The position numbers and the translations under genes are program-made. 64,000 bases of DNA, taken from Desulfosoma sp. GTDB lineage: Bacteria > Desulfobacterota > Syntrophobacteria > Syntrophobacterales > DSM-9756. Positions 9,905 to 18,648 of the stretch are shown here, one piece after another. Within the stretch, counting starts at the first letter, position 1, and each line of letters begins with the position of its first letter. The stretch covers positions 96,001-160,000 of the forward strand of contig JBBFKW010000005.1 in the NCBI GenBank assembly GCA_037481835.1. The letters are read 5' to 3'. The notes beneath the pieces were generated by a model, which was given only the letters and a program-made list of their open reading frames with translations, did no database searches and was not told where the DNA came from.

Positions 9905-11008
9905 TTAGGCCAAAGCCGCCTTGACCTGCATGGCGTTCACTTCGTAGTCGCCCGTATGGGTTCCGGGCAGAGAAAACATGGGCTCCAGAAGCACCCGATG
10001 GAGGATGCTCGTCAGTCCCCGCGCACCCACCCCTTCTTGTTCCGCCCGGCGTGCCACCTCCAAGACGGCCTCATCGGTAAAAATCAGCCGAATGCCCCAC
10101 GCTTCGAAGTCCTTGATGAAGGCTTGCAGCGGGCTGTCCTCGCTCTTGGTGAGAATGTCCCGAAGGTTGGCCGTGGTGAGCGCATTGTAGACCACGCGGA
10201 CGGGCAGCCGCGCCATGAGTTGCCGTTCCATGCCGTAGCGCACCAAATCGTCCGGCAGGAGGTGATCCCGCCACAGTCCCTTGATCCCGAGGCGCTCCAT
10301 GCGCTTTTGAACGATCTCTTCCAGCCCTTCAAAAGCCCCTCCGGCGATAAACAGGACGTGACGGGTAGACAGGGTGAGGCGGTCCTTTCCGAATTCGATG
10401 GTGTTTTCCATCCCCTCCAGCATCTTGAGGAGCCCTTTTTGGACGCCTTTTCCCGAAACATCTTTGGTCAGGGTCTTTTCCGAGGCGATCTTGTCGATCT
10501 CGTCAAGATAGACCATGCCCGTTTGCGCCGTCAGCGCATGCCCGCCCGCCGAAACCAGAAGGTCCACCAGAATGTCCGAAGTGCTCTGTCCCACGTAGCC
10601 TGTTTCGCTGAACTTGGTGAGGTCTTCCACGATGAAAGGGACCCCGACTAACCGCGACGCCACCTCGCACGTATAGGTTTTTCCGCAGCCCGTCGGCCCC
10701 ACGATGAGGATGTTGGCCTTGGGGGTCTTGACCCGCTGTAAGGCCTTTGCCACATCGCCGCCGCTGTGCGAGGCCGCTTCCTGTAAGGCCGCCCCCAAAC
10801 GGCGGTAGTGGTAGGCAATGGCGGTGGCCAGGATCTTTTTCCCCTTTTCCTGACCAATGACGTACCGGTCCATTTCGGCCTTGAGCTGCGACGGAGTCTT
10901 GTCGAAGCCGGCGATGTGTTCCACGGTCTGGGCGGTCTTTCGGTCCCGCACTCCGTCCATTTTTTCTTGGATCCTCAACCGGCTTTCAGGAGCCATGGGC
11001 TCAGCCAT
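9905..11008 (-). CDS. ClpX/HslU-family AAA+ ATPase lacking N-terminal Zn-binding domain and IGF loop
   Basis: YVIGQE, KANILIVGPTGCGKT, GYVG, VYLDEIDK, DVSGKGVQKGLLKMLEG, GARGL; GGAGG RBS before ATG 11008. Confidence 0.85.
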   Translation of the reverse strand: MAEPMAPESRLRIQEKMDGVRDRKTAQTVEHIAGFDKTPSQLKAEMDRYVIGQEKGKKILATAIAYHYRRLGAALQEAASHSGGDVAKALQRVKTPKANILIVGPTGCGKTYTCEVASRLVGVPFIVEDLTKFSETGYVGQSTSDILVDLLVSAGGHALTAQTGMVYLDEIDKIASEKTLTKDVSGKGVQKGLLKMLEGMENTIEFGKDRLTLSTRHVLFIAGGAFEGLEEIVQKRMERLGIKGLWRDHLLPDDLVRYGMERQLMARLPVRVVYNALTTANLRDILTKSEDSPLQAFIKDFEAWGIRLIFTDEAVLEVARRAEQEGVGARGLTSILHRVLLEPMFSLPGTHTGDYEVNAMQVKAALA

Positions 11009-11447
11009 AGGACGCCTCCAGGGCCCGTTTCTTGGCGGCGTAAAACCGATAGAGAAAGGCATAGGAATAGCGCGAGAGCAGCCGCGGAGCGATATTGGGG
11101 TTGAGGGCGTAAAGCGGCCGGCACAGCAGAAGGTCTTCCGGGGTTTCGGCCCACGCACGGTAAGGGCCTTCAATGCGGGTGGCGATGGTCTCGACAATTG
11201 CATAGGATTCGGGAGGAACGAGCGCAAACAGGGGGACCGGAACGGGCGCCTTCCGAAGCGCTCCCTGGGCAAGAGCACGAGCCGCCGTCTCTGTCTCCGG
11301 CTCCTCGTCCAGCCGCCTCAGGAAATCTTTTCCGTCCACGCCGAAAGCCGTGAGGACGGACGCCACGCGGGTAAACGCGTCGGGTTGAAAAACCAGGGGC
11401 GTCTTGCCCTGTTCCCTGTGCTTTCGAATGGCATCCCTGATGGCCAT
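11001..11447 (-). CDS. Hypothetical protein (148 aa) in putative Ubl cluster
   Basis: Stop overlaps start of ClpX-like gene; same strand; protein-like composition; start uncertain. Confidence 0.65.
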   Translation of the reverse strand: MAIRDAIRKHREQGKTPLVFQPDAFTRVASVLTAFGVDGKDFLRRLDEEPETETAARALAQGALRKAPVPVPLFALVPPESYAIVETIATRIEGPYRAWAETPEDLLLCRPLYALNPNIAPRLLSRYSYAFLYRFYAAKKRALEASYG

Positions 11448-11600
11448 GTCTTTTCCCCGGATGATTCCGTTATGCCGGCAGACGGCTTCCCATGCGGGCA
11501 GGGGCGACCCCACGACACCCTTTTAGTCGAAGCGCCTCCAGCCTATTCGCTCCGCCCCAAACCCTGTTTTCCGCCGGGTCGCTCCAGCCCCGTCTCGCAC

Positions 11601-12812
11601 TCACGAAAAGGCGTTGGTCACGGGAACTTCTCCGGAAAGGCAGCGCGGGTCGTCCGACGGGATCTTCAAGTCGTCGAAGTGAATATCTCCTTGGAAGCCG
11701 GAGAAGTGATCCAGTCGATGATAGCCGTTTCTTTTTCGGGGATCGTACCCGTGATACAAGGCGTTCAGGCCGTCTTCCAGCGACCGGATGATGTGAGCCG
11801 CCGTAAAGGTTCGCCCTGCCGGTGAGTGCCCGAGACAGATTCTCTGCCAGGGCTGATGGCGCGGCAAAAGAGGGTGCTTGTAGCTGTCCACGACCACGGG
11901 CCAGAGGTCCTGGGAAGTCACGGCCACGCGGCAATCGGGGAAAAGGTACAGCCGGTTGTAGTAATCCCTCAGAGCATATCGGCCGCTCCGCTTGTAGATC
12001 ACGAGCTCTCCGTCGGAAGCCCTTGCGAAAAAACCGAAGCCGTCCACTTCCAGAGCCCCTCGCGTGAGCACAAAGAGCATGAAGCCCAAGGCGGGCGCGG
12101 GCCAATCCCAATACGGGCGAAGCTTTTCCCGAAAATTTTCCTGTTCCTTCCCCAAAGCTTCACGCCACGCCATCTCTAAGGAAGCCTCCAGGTCCCTTTG
12201 CAGGGTCTCGGCTCCAACGATCCGCCTCCCGGCGTCGTCGCACCCTTCACGCCCAAAGGGGCCCGGAAGCTTGGGCACTCCACGTTCGACGTCTTGGCGC
12301 CGGATATCCACAGCCCACCGATGAAAGCGTTCCGGCACTCCGACCTTTTTTGAAAGCCACAAGGCCAGGGCTTGGGGTCTGTTTCCGGCCGATTTCACCC
12401 ACGCGGGCAGACGCACAAACCGGGGAAGCACCTGGAAAAGCGCGGTTTCCAGGTGGACCGTGTTTCCAAGGACGATCCGAGCTTTTCCCTTGCCGAAAAG
12501 ATCCCGGCAGACCTTTTTTCGAATCCCTGAGGCAAGCTGCGGGAAAAGCACGGGGGCGTGACGGACGAGCCCCTCCCATGCGATGGTTTCGATGTAAGGA
12601 ACCCCTTCATGGAAAACGACCTTCGGCCCGTGGACGCCCCTTTGAAAGACTCCGGCGAAAGCTCCGCCTTCGCCCGCCTTTCGAAGCTCCCGAGCGGTCT
12701 CGGGATCCATCGGGCATGGAAGATAGACGCTCCCGCCCTTGAAAAGGACTCTGTGGTCTTGGAGATCGTCAAAAAATCTTGAGAAATGGTTTTTCTTCAC
12801 CCGGCTTTTCAT
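11601..12812 (-). CDS. Hypothetical protein with putative C-terminal E2 (Ub-conjugating)-like domain
   Basis: YKHPLLPRHQPWQRICLG followed by helix IIRSLEDGLNALYHGY; ATGA overlap with upstream gene. Confidence 0.55.
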   Translation of the reverse strand: MKSRVKKNHFSRFFDDLQDHRVLFKGGSVYLPCPMDPETARELRKAGEGGAFAGVFQRGVHGPKVVFHEGVPYIETIAWEGLVRHAPVLFPQLASGIRKKVCRDLFGKGKARIVLGNTVHLETALFQVLPRFVRLPAWVKSAGNRPQALALWLSKKVGVPERFHRWAVDIRRQDVERGVPKLPGPFGREGCDDAGRRIVGAETLQRDLEASLEMAWREALGKEQENFREKLRPYWDWPAPALGFMLFVLTRGALEVDGFGFFARASDGELVIYKRSGRYALRDYYNRLYLFPDCRVAVTSQDLWPVVVDSYKHPLLPRHQPWQRICLGHSPAGRTFTAAHIIRSLEDGLNALYHGYDPRKRNGYHRLDHFSGFQGDIHFDDLKIPSDDPRCLSGEVPVTNAFS

Positions 12813-13207
12813 CGCCCTTTCTCGCAAACATGAACCGGGGCGGGAAAGCCTCCCTCCTGGGGCCTTAGAGCCCTTACGGCCACGTAATAATACTTTTCAC
12901 CCTCATCGGTTTCTTCCACCCGGGCCCGTTCCAGGGGATCTCCCTCAATGGGCCGTCCTGCACACAAAAGGACCCCTCTTTCCATCTGCAGGAGAATGTC
13001 CTCGAGAATTTCCCGCTCTTCAATGGAGAGGTCCTGTCTCGCGAGAATCACGTCTACCAGCTCTTGGAGCGTCTTGCCTTCATAAGTTCCCGGCTCGAAG
13101 ACCTCCAGAAGTCCCTCGGCCGCCTGCCCCGGAAGGATTTCCACCACGAGAGGCACCGGCAATTTCCGCCGTTCCTTTTCTTTTTCCTCAAGAACCCGAA
13201 TCGTCAT
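12809..13207 (-). CDS. Putative ubiquitin-like (beta-grasp) protein precursor with internal GG
   Basis: 132 aa ending YVAVRALRPQEGG-FPAPVHVCEKGR; strand/helix pattern resembles ThiS/MoaD/Ubl. Confidence 0.5.
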   Translation of the reverse strand: MTIRVLEEKEKERRKLPVPLVVEILPGQAAEGLLEVFEPGTYEGKTLQELVDVILARQDLSIEEREILEDILLQMERGVLLCAGRPIEGDPLERARVEETDEGEKYYYVAVRALRPQEGGFPAPVHVCEKGR

Positions 13208-13241
13208 CTTAGGCCCCGATTGTTTCGCGGTTTTTCTGTTA

Positions 13242-13270
13242 TTTTGACATGGAATTTTAAGAAGTCAAAA
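13242..13270. promoter_or_regulatory. Inverted repeat TTTTGAC-N15-GTCAAAA overlapping a putative promoter of the Ubl cluster
   Basis: AT-rich IR 35 nt upstream of ATG 13207; minus strand reads TTGACT-N16-CAAAAT. Confidence 0.45.
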
Positions 13271-13707
13271 ACCGGCGACAGGCCCCTGCACAAAGGGCGG
13301 GTCTTTGCTTTGACAATCTTGAAGGAGCCGCCTTGCAGGCCATGGGATTCGCGGCAAAGCCCGATCCCATCCTTGGAGCTTTTCGGGGCTGTCGGAGCCT
13401 GTTCGGCGACACTGGATTCCCGGGCACGCCCTATCCTACGCAGGAAGGTCCCTGACCGGGGCAAGCCCTGTCGTCCGGCGGGCGGATCTTCACAGTGCCT
13501 CGGGCATGCCGGCCCGCCACATGAGGCATGCCGATGAGGACCATTATGGGGGTGCCGTTTTTCACCCGTGCGGGGCACATTCCCCCGCCAGGCCTCGTGC
13601 GTCGCAGGACTTCCCGGCCGCATTCCTCCCCCGGGCGCTTTGACATCCACACTCCCGACGAGTGTCCGGAGCCATCTCAGGCATGGATCTTCGGGGATGC
13701 GCGCGTC

Positions 13708-15993
13708 TTAGGGCTCTCGACGTCTTTTTTCTGCAACAGCCGACAAGATCGCCTGAACCCTGGGATGCCCCTTCATCGTGTCCAGATCCCAAGGCACTTT
13801 CCGTCTCCAGTTGGGATGTTCCGTGACGGTGCCCGGCACGTTGACTTGGTCGGGGACACCGCACAGGTCTTCCAGGGACAAGGCCAAGAGCTTCGATCCG
13901 GTCGCCGCCAGATAACGATAAACGGCCGCCGCACGATCGCGGCTCTGAGTCTCTTCGTCGGGAAAGCCCGGCATGTCGATTTCGTCCTCCACGTACCCCC
14001 ATGCCGAGAGAAGCTTGCGCAAGGCTTTTTGATCGGCGGTTCGGCCGAGAAGCATTTTTTCGCGAACCTCTTCGCTGGGGAAAAGATCCAGGCTTTCCCG
14101 AACCCGAAGGTCCTGGCCCTGCCAAAATCCTTCGAGAGTGGGAAGATCATGAGTGGAGAACGAGGCGACGGAAAAGGGCGGGTAGTTTTCGGGAGGCGGG
14201 AAAGAGCCGTCTTCCAGCCTTTCGAAAAAGCAGAGCCGGCAGCCGAAAAGGCGGGTCTCTTCCATGGCGGCGCGGACGCGGTCGGGAACGGTTCCCAGGT
14301 CTTCTCCGACCACGAGGCACCGGTTTCTCTCACTTTCCAAAAGCACAAGGCCCAAGAGATCCTCGAACGGGTACCGCACATAGGCGCCGTGTCGCGCATC
14401 CAGACCCGCCGGGATCCAGAACTGGCGCATGAGACCCATGACATGGTCGATGCGAAGGGCTCCGAAATCGCTCATGTTGGCCCGCAGCATGGCAATAAAC
14501 GGCTCGTAGGCGGCATCCTTGAGAGCCTGCGGCAAAAAGGGGCACACTCCCCATTCCTGCCCTTTCGGGTTGAAATCGTCCGGTGGAGCTCCAATGCGCA
14601 CCGTTAGGGCAAAAAGCGACGGGGTCAACCAGGTGTCCAGGCCGGCAGGGTCCACCCCCACGGGAAGATCCCCGTAAAGGCCGACGGCCAGGCCCCGCTC
14701 CCACGAGCGACGCCCGCAGGCGGCAAGCTGTTCCCATGCGTTCCACGCCACATAGAGGAAAAACGTCACGGCCTCGCCGTGCTCCTTGGCGAACTCCGCC
14801 ACCGCGGAAGACTTCGGATCGTGGTATGCCCGGGGCCAAAGGGGCCAGCCCCACACTGAAGGATCGCTCCGCCGAAAATGGGCATCCAAGGCATGGAAGA
14901 CCCCGTAACTTTCCAAGTCCTTGCCGCCGTCTTCCACGAATCGGCGAAACCTTCGAGCCCGTTCGGAATCTTTTGTGAGATGATGGTCCCTGAAATGCCT
15001 GTAAAGCTTCTCCAAAGCTTCCCGTTGGATCGGCCAGGCCGTTTCGTAATCCACCAAGGGGGCCCGCCGAGCGGCCTCACACGCCTCCCGGATATGATCC
15101 TCGCCGAACCAGCGACGCACCTCCTCAGACTCCCAAAACTCCGGGATCGCTTCCACGTCCACATACCACGGCTGCAGGAAACGCCGGCTGGAGGGACCAT
15201 AGGGGCTGACCTTGGAAGGGTCCTCGGGAAAAAGGAGCCACACCGGGTTGATCCCCACAAAGCCCGCTCCCACATCGGCAGCCCAGTCGAGCAGCGCCCG
15301 AAGATCGGAAAAGGTGCCGATTCCCCAGTTCTTATTCGAGCGAATCCCGTAGAGTTGGGCTGTGAGGCCCCACGTTTTCCTTTCCCCGGCAAGCGATTCC
15401 GGCACGTAAGCCTGCCGGGGAACGACGATCAGTTTCTGCCGAGCGGGCATTTCGGAAAGTCCCGCCCCGACAAAAACTTCCAAATCGTGGTACCCGATCC
15501 CCAAGGGTTCCTGGATATAGAGCACGCGACGGCTGTATCGGCCGCCGGGTCCTCCCCGTTCCTCCACCCCTTGAAGGGCGCCGATCCTTCCTTCCCCCAG
15601 CGTTTCCCATCCGTCCTCCCGGCGCAGCCGCCAACGATATGGAACACGGTCATGGGATTCGGGATAGGTGAGCATGACGGCAATGGGCGCCGTTCCCACG
15701 GGGACGACCTGGACCGGTTCCACCACGTTGCGGACGGCGCGCGCCTCAAGGGCTTCGAGGGTTTGGATGAGATCGTCCCGGCTCGCGGCGCAAAACCCGA
15801 AGCCTTCGAGCAGGGCCTTCAGGACGGCATCGTCCACGTCGTGGCGCACCCCTGAAACGTCCTCATAATGGGGGTCCACGCCGCACAAGGTCGCCACATG
15901 TTCCAAGAGAACCCGGTCCGGACTGCGTTTTCGCCCCTCGGGGTCTTCCATAAACGACGCTCGAAGCTTTTCGGGAAATCTATGGGGATTCAT
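13708..15993 (-). CDS. malQ: 4-alpha-glucanotransferase (amylomaltase, GH77)
   Basis: SPYGPSSR, GAPPDDFNPKGQEWG, LRIDHVMGL, GEDLG, STHD, NVPGT..HPNWRR. Confidence 0.95.
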   Translation of the reverse strand: MNPHRFPEKLRASFMEDPEGRKRSPDRVLLEHVATLCGVDPHYEDVSGVRHDVDDAVLKALLEGFGFCAASRDDLIQTLEALEARAVRNVVEPVQVVPVGTAPIAVMLTYPESHDRVPYRWRLRREDGWETLGEGRIGALQGVEERGGPGGRYSRRVLYIQEPLGIGYHDLEVFVGAGLSEMPARQKLIVVPRQAYVPESLAGERKTWGLTAQLYGIRSNKNWGIGTFSDLRALLDWAADVGAGFVGINPVWLLFPEDPSKVSPYGPSSRRFLQPWYVDVEAIPEFWESEEVRRWFGEDHIREACEAARRAPLVDYETAWPIQREALEKLYRHFRDHHLTKDSERARRFRRFVEDGGKDLESYGVFHALDAHFRRSDPSVWGWPLWPRAYHDPKSSAVAEFAKEHGEAVTFFLYVAWNAWEQLAACGRRSWERGLAVGLYGDLPVGVDPAGLDTWLTPSLFALTVRIGAPPDDFNPKGQEWGVCPFLPQALKDAAYEPFIAMLRANMSDFGALRIDHVMGLMRQFWIPAGLDARHGAYVRYPFEDLLGLVLLESERNRCLVVGEDLGTVPDRVRAAMEETRLFGCRLCFFERLEDGSFPPPENYPPFSVASFSTHDLPTLEGFWQGQDLRVRESLDLFPSEEVREKMLLGRTADQKALRKLLSAWGYVEDEIDMPGFPDEETQSRDRAAAVYRYLAATGSKLLALSLEDLCGVPDQVNVPGTVTEHPNWRRKVPWDLDTMKGHPRVQAILSAVAEKRRREP

Positions 15994-15996
15994 GGT

Positions 15997-17664
15997 TCAC
16001 GACTCGAACAGCAACAGGGGCGGGTCGTAAAAACGTGGGGGCTCGCACCCAAGGAGCTGCATGAGTGTAGCGGCGATATTCGTCAATCCCGGATTTGTCA
16101 CATCAGGATCGATCTTTACTTTCAGCCCTTCGACACCGCTGTAGACGATAAACCAAACGGGATTGAGGGTGTGGGCCGTCTTGGCTTTGGGCTCGCCGTC
16201 GGGATGGCGTTTGGCGAGTCCCGTCTTCTTGTCGATCTCGTACATCTCGTCGGCGTTGCCATGATCGGCCGTGACCAGCAGGACGCCCCCGGCTTCCCCC
16301 ACGGCCTTCATGATCCGTCCCAAGCACAAGTCCACCGTTTCCACAGCGATGTGGGCCGCTTGATAGACGCCTGTGTGTCCTACCATGTCGCCGTTGGCGA
16401 AGTTCAGCCGAATGAAGTCGAACCGCCTCGAGGCGATTTCCTCGAGAACCCGGTCGGTGATTTCCGCCGCCTTCATCCAAGGCCTCTGTTCGAACGGCAC
16501 GCGATCCGACGGAATTTCCACGTACTCTTCCAGGGTTTCGCTGAATTTTCCCGATCGGTTCCCGTTCCAGAAATAGGTGACGTGGCCGAACTTCTGGGTC
16601 TCGCTGATGGCCAGCTGCGTGAAACCCTGAGCGCACAAGAACTCGCTCACCGTCTTTTCGATATGCGGCGGTTCCACGAGGTAACTCTTGGGGATGTGCA
16701 AGTCGCCGTCGTATTCCATCATCCCCGCGTAGGCCACCTTGGGATAGGGCTTCCGCTCAAACTTATCGAAATGTTCTTCTTCGAAGGCCCTGCTGATTTC
16801 GATGGCCCGGTCCCCTCGATAATTGAAAAAGATCACGGCGTCGCCGTCCCGAATCGGCCCTACGGGGCCGTCGGCATCGGCGATGACGAAGGGCGGCAGG
16901 TCTTGGTCGATCACGCCGGGGATTTCCCTTCGGTAAGTTTCAATGGCTTCCTGGGCCGAGGCGAAGAAACGGCCTTCGCCCGCCACGTGGGTTTTCCAGC
17001 CGAGGGCCACCATGTTCCAGTTGGCTTCGTAGCGATCCATGGTGATGACCATGCGCCCGCCGCCGCTGGCGATGCGGTAATCAACCCCGGCCTGTCGGTT
17101 CAAGGCCGCCAGGTACGCTTCGAATGGGATGACGTACTCCAAGGCCGAGGTTTCTCCCACATCCCGCCCGTCCAAGAGGATGTGGATCCGGCACCGGGGA
17201 ATTTTCTCCACCAAGGCGGCGTGATCCAGCATCTTCTTCAAATGATCCAAGTGACTGTGCACGTTCCCGTCGGAAAAGAGCCCAATGAAATGAAGCGTCC
17301 CGTTGTTTTCCCGGCAGAATTCCATAAGACGCCGCCATGTTCTGCCTTGGAAAAGCTGCCCCGTGGCCAAGGCTTCATTGACCAGGCGCGCCCCTTGCGC
17401 GTAGATCCTGCCGGCCCCCATGGCATTATGGCCCACCTCGGAATTGCCCATGTCCGCGTCGCTGGGAAGACCCACGGCCGTGCCGTGGGCTTTGAGCAAC
17501 GTGTAGGGGCAGTGGGCCAAAAGCCAGTCCAGGTGGGGAGTGCACGCATCGGATACGGCGTTGCCCACGGAACTCGAAGAGTAGGCGATGCCGTCCATGA
17601 TCACCAGGACGAGGGGTCGCGGGCCGTCTTTCGGCAAAAGACGCGTCACTTTCATGGGCTCCAT
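15997..17664 (-). CDS. gpmI: 2,3-bisphosphoglycerate-independent phosphoglycerate mutase
   Basis: MGNSEVGH, SDGNVHSH, DGRD, NGDMVGHTG, TADHGNAD. Confidence 0.96.
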   Translation of the reverse strand: MEPMKVTRLLPKDGPRPLVLVIMDGIAYSSSSVGNAVSDACTPHLDWLLAHCPYTLLKAHGTAVGLPSDADMGNSEVGHNAMGAGRIYAQGARLVNEALATGQLFQGRTWRRLMEFCRENNGTLHFIGLFSDGNVHSHLDHLKKMLDHAALVEKIPRCRIHILLDGRDVGETSALEYVIPFEAYLAALNRQAGVDYRIASGGGRMVITMDRYEANWNMVALGWKTHVAGEGRFFASAQEAIETYRREIPGVIDQDLPPFVIADADGPVGPIRDGDAVIFFNYRGDRAIEISRAFEEEHFDKFERKPYPKVAYAGMMEYDGDLHIPKSYLVEPPHIEKTVSEFLCAQGFTQLAISETQKFGHVTYFWNGNRSGKFSETLEEYVEIPSDRVPFEQRPWMKAAEITDRVLEEIASRRFDFIRLNFANGDMVGHTGVYQAAHIAVETVDLCLGRIMKAVGEAGGVLLVTADHGNADEMYEIDKKTGLAKRHPDGEPKAKTAHTLNPVWFIVYSGVEGLKVKIDPDVTNPGLTNIAATLMQLLGCEPPRFYDPPLLLFES

Positions 17665-17813
17665 CCTTTGGTTGCCTTCCAGGAACTCTTATCCAGAGCT
17701 CGGCTCTTGGGGCCGGCTTGAAGGGCTTGCCGTCCCAAACACCTCTCAGGGGCACGATCACGCCGCCGCCATGCCCCGAGCCGCTTCTCCAGGGGAAGCG
17801 GCCCGCCCTTTTC

Positions 17814-18593
17814 TTAACGCTCCTTCCACACGGGCTTGCGCTTCTCCATGAACGCCGCCACGCCTTCCTTGGCGTCTTCCGTAGTGCACAATCGTGCAAA
17901 CACCTCGTTCATGTAGTCAAAGGCTTTGTGGTATTCCATGTCGGCGGCGACGTAAAAGCCGCGCTTGGCGATCTGCACAGCGATGGGACTCTTTTGGGCC
18001 AGTACGGCCGCCCAGTCCTGAGCCGCCTTTTCCAGTTCGTCCGCCGGAACGACCCGGTTGAGCAACCCTCGAGCCTGGGCCTCCCTCGCTTCCATGAGTT
18101 CCCCGTAGAGGAGCATCTCCAGGGCGATTTTTCGACCCACCGACTTGGACACGGGAATAACCGGCCCCACACAGTTGAGACCCACATTGATGGCCGTAAG
18201 GCCGATTCGGGCCGTCTCCGCGGCAATGGCCAAATCGCAGGCCGCGACGAGCCCCGCGCCGTTGGCCGCCGCCACTCCATGCACTTGGGCGATCACGGGT
18301 TTGTTCATTTCGCTGATGGTCACCAAAGGGGTTTCCATGCGCTCGATCCACGCGCGCAGCTCCATGGCGGTCTTGCCGCTCATTTCACTGACATCGATTC
18401 CGGCACAGAAATGCTTTCCCGCCCCCTTGATGACGATGACGCGCACCTTGGGATCGGCGTCCAGAGACTTTAACGCCCGGGTCAATTCGTCCGCCAGCGG
18501 CGTCGTGAAGGTGTTGAGCTGGTTCGGGCGGTTGAGGGTTACGGTCGCCACATAATTTTCGCTGACCTCCACGAGCAACGTTTCGTAAGACAT
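17814..18593 (-). CDS. Enoyl-CoA hydratase/isomerase (crotonase) family protein
   Basis: TLNRP, FCAGID, KPVIAQVHG, DAKEGVAAFMEKRKPVW. Confidence 0.92.
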   Translation of the reverse strand: MSYETLLVEVSENYVATVTLNRPNQLNTFTTPLADELTRALKSLDADPKVRVIVIKGAGKHFCAGIDVSEMSGKTAMELRAWIERMETPLVTISEMNKPVIAQVHGVAAANGAGLVAACDLAIAAETARIGLTAINVGLNCVGPVIPVSKSVGRKIALEMLLYGELMEAREAQARGLLNRVVPADELEKAAQDWAAVLAQKSPIAVQIAKRGFYVAADMEYHKAFDYMNEVFARLCTTEDAKEGVAAFMEKRKPVWKER

Positions 18594-18648
18594 CGCGGTC
18601 TCCTCCCCTAGGTTTCCACTTTTTGCATCAAGACCCCACTCCTTGACG

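Noticed and set aside
12809..13207. Pup/UBact-type modifier
   Set aside because: No terminal GGE/GGQ, sequence looks folded, and no pafA, dop or proteasome genes in the window
13271..13707. Short ORFs (13204-13650, 13431-13652) as a sixth gene or E1 of the Ubl cluster
   Set aside because: No ThiF/E1 motifs and low-complexity G/R/P-rich translations; treated as intergenic
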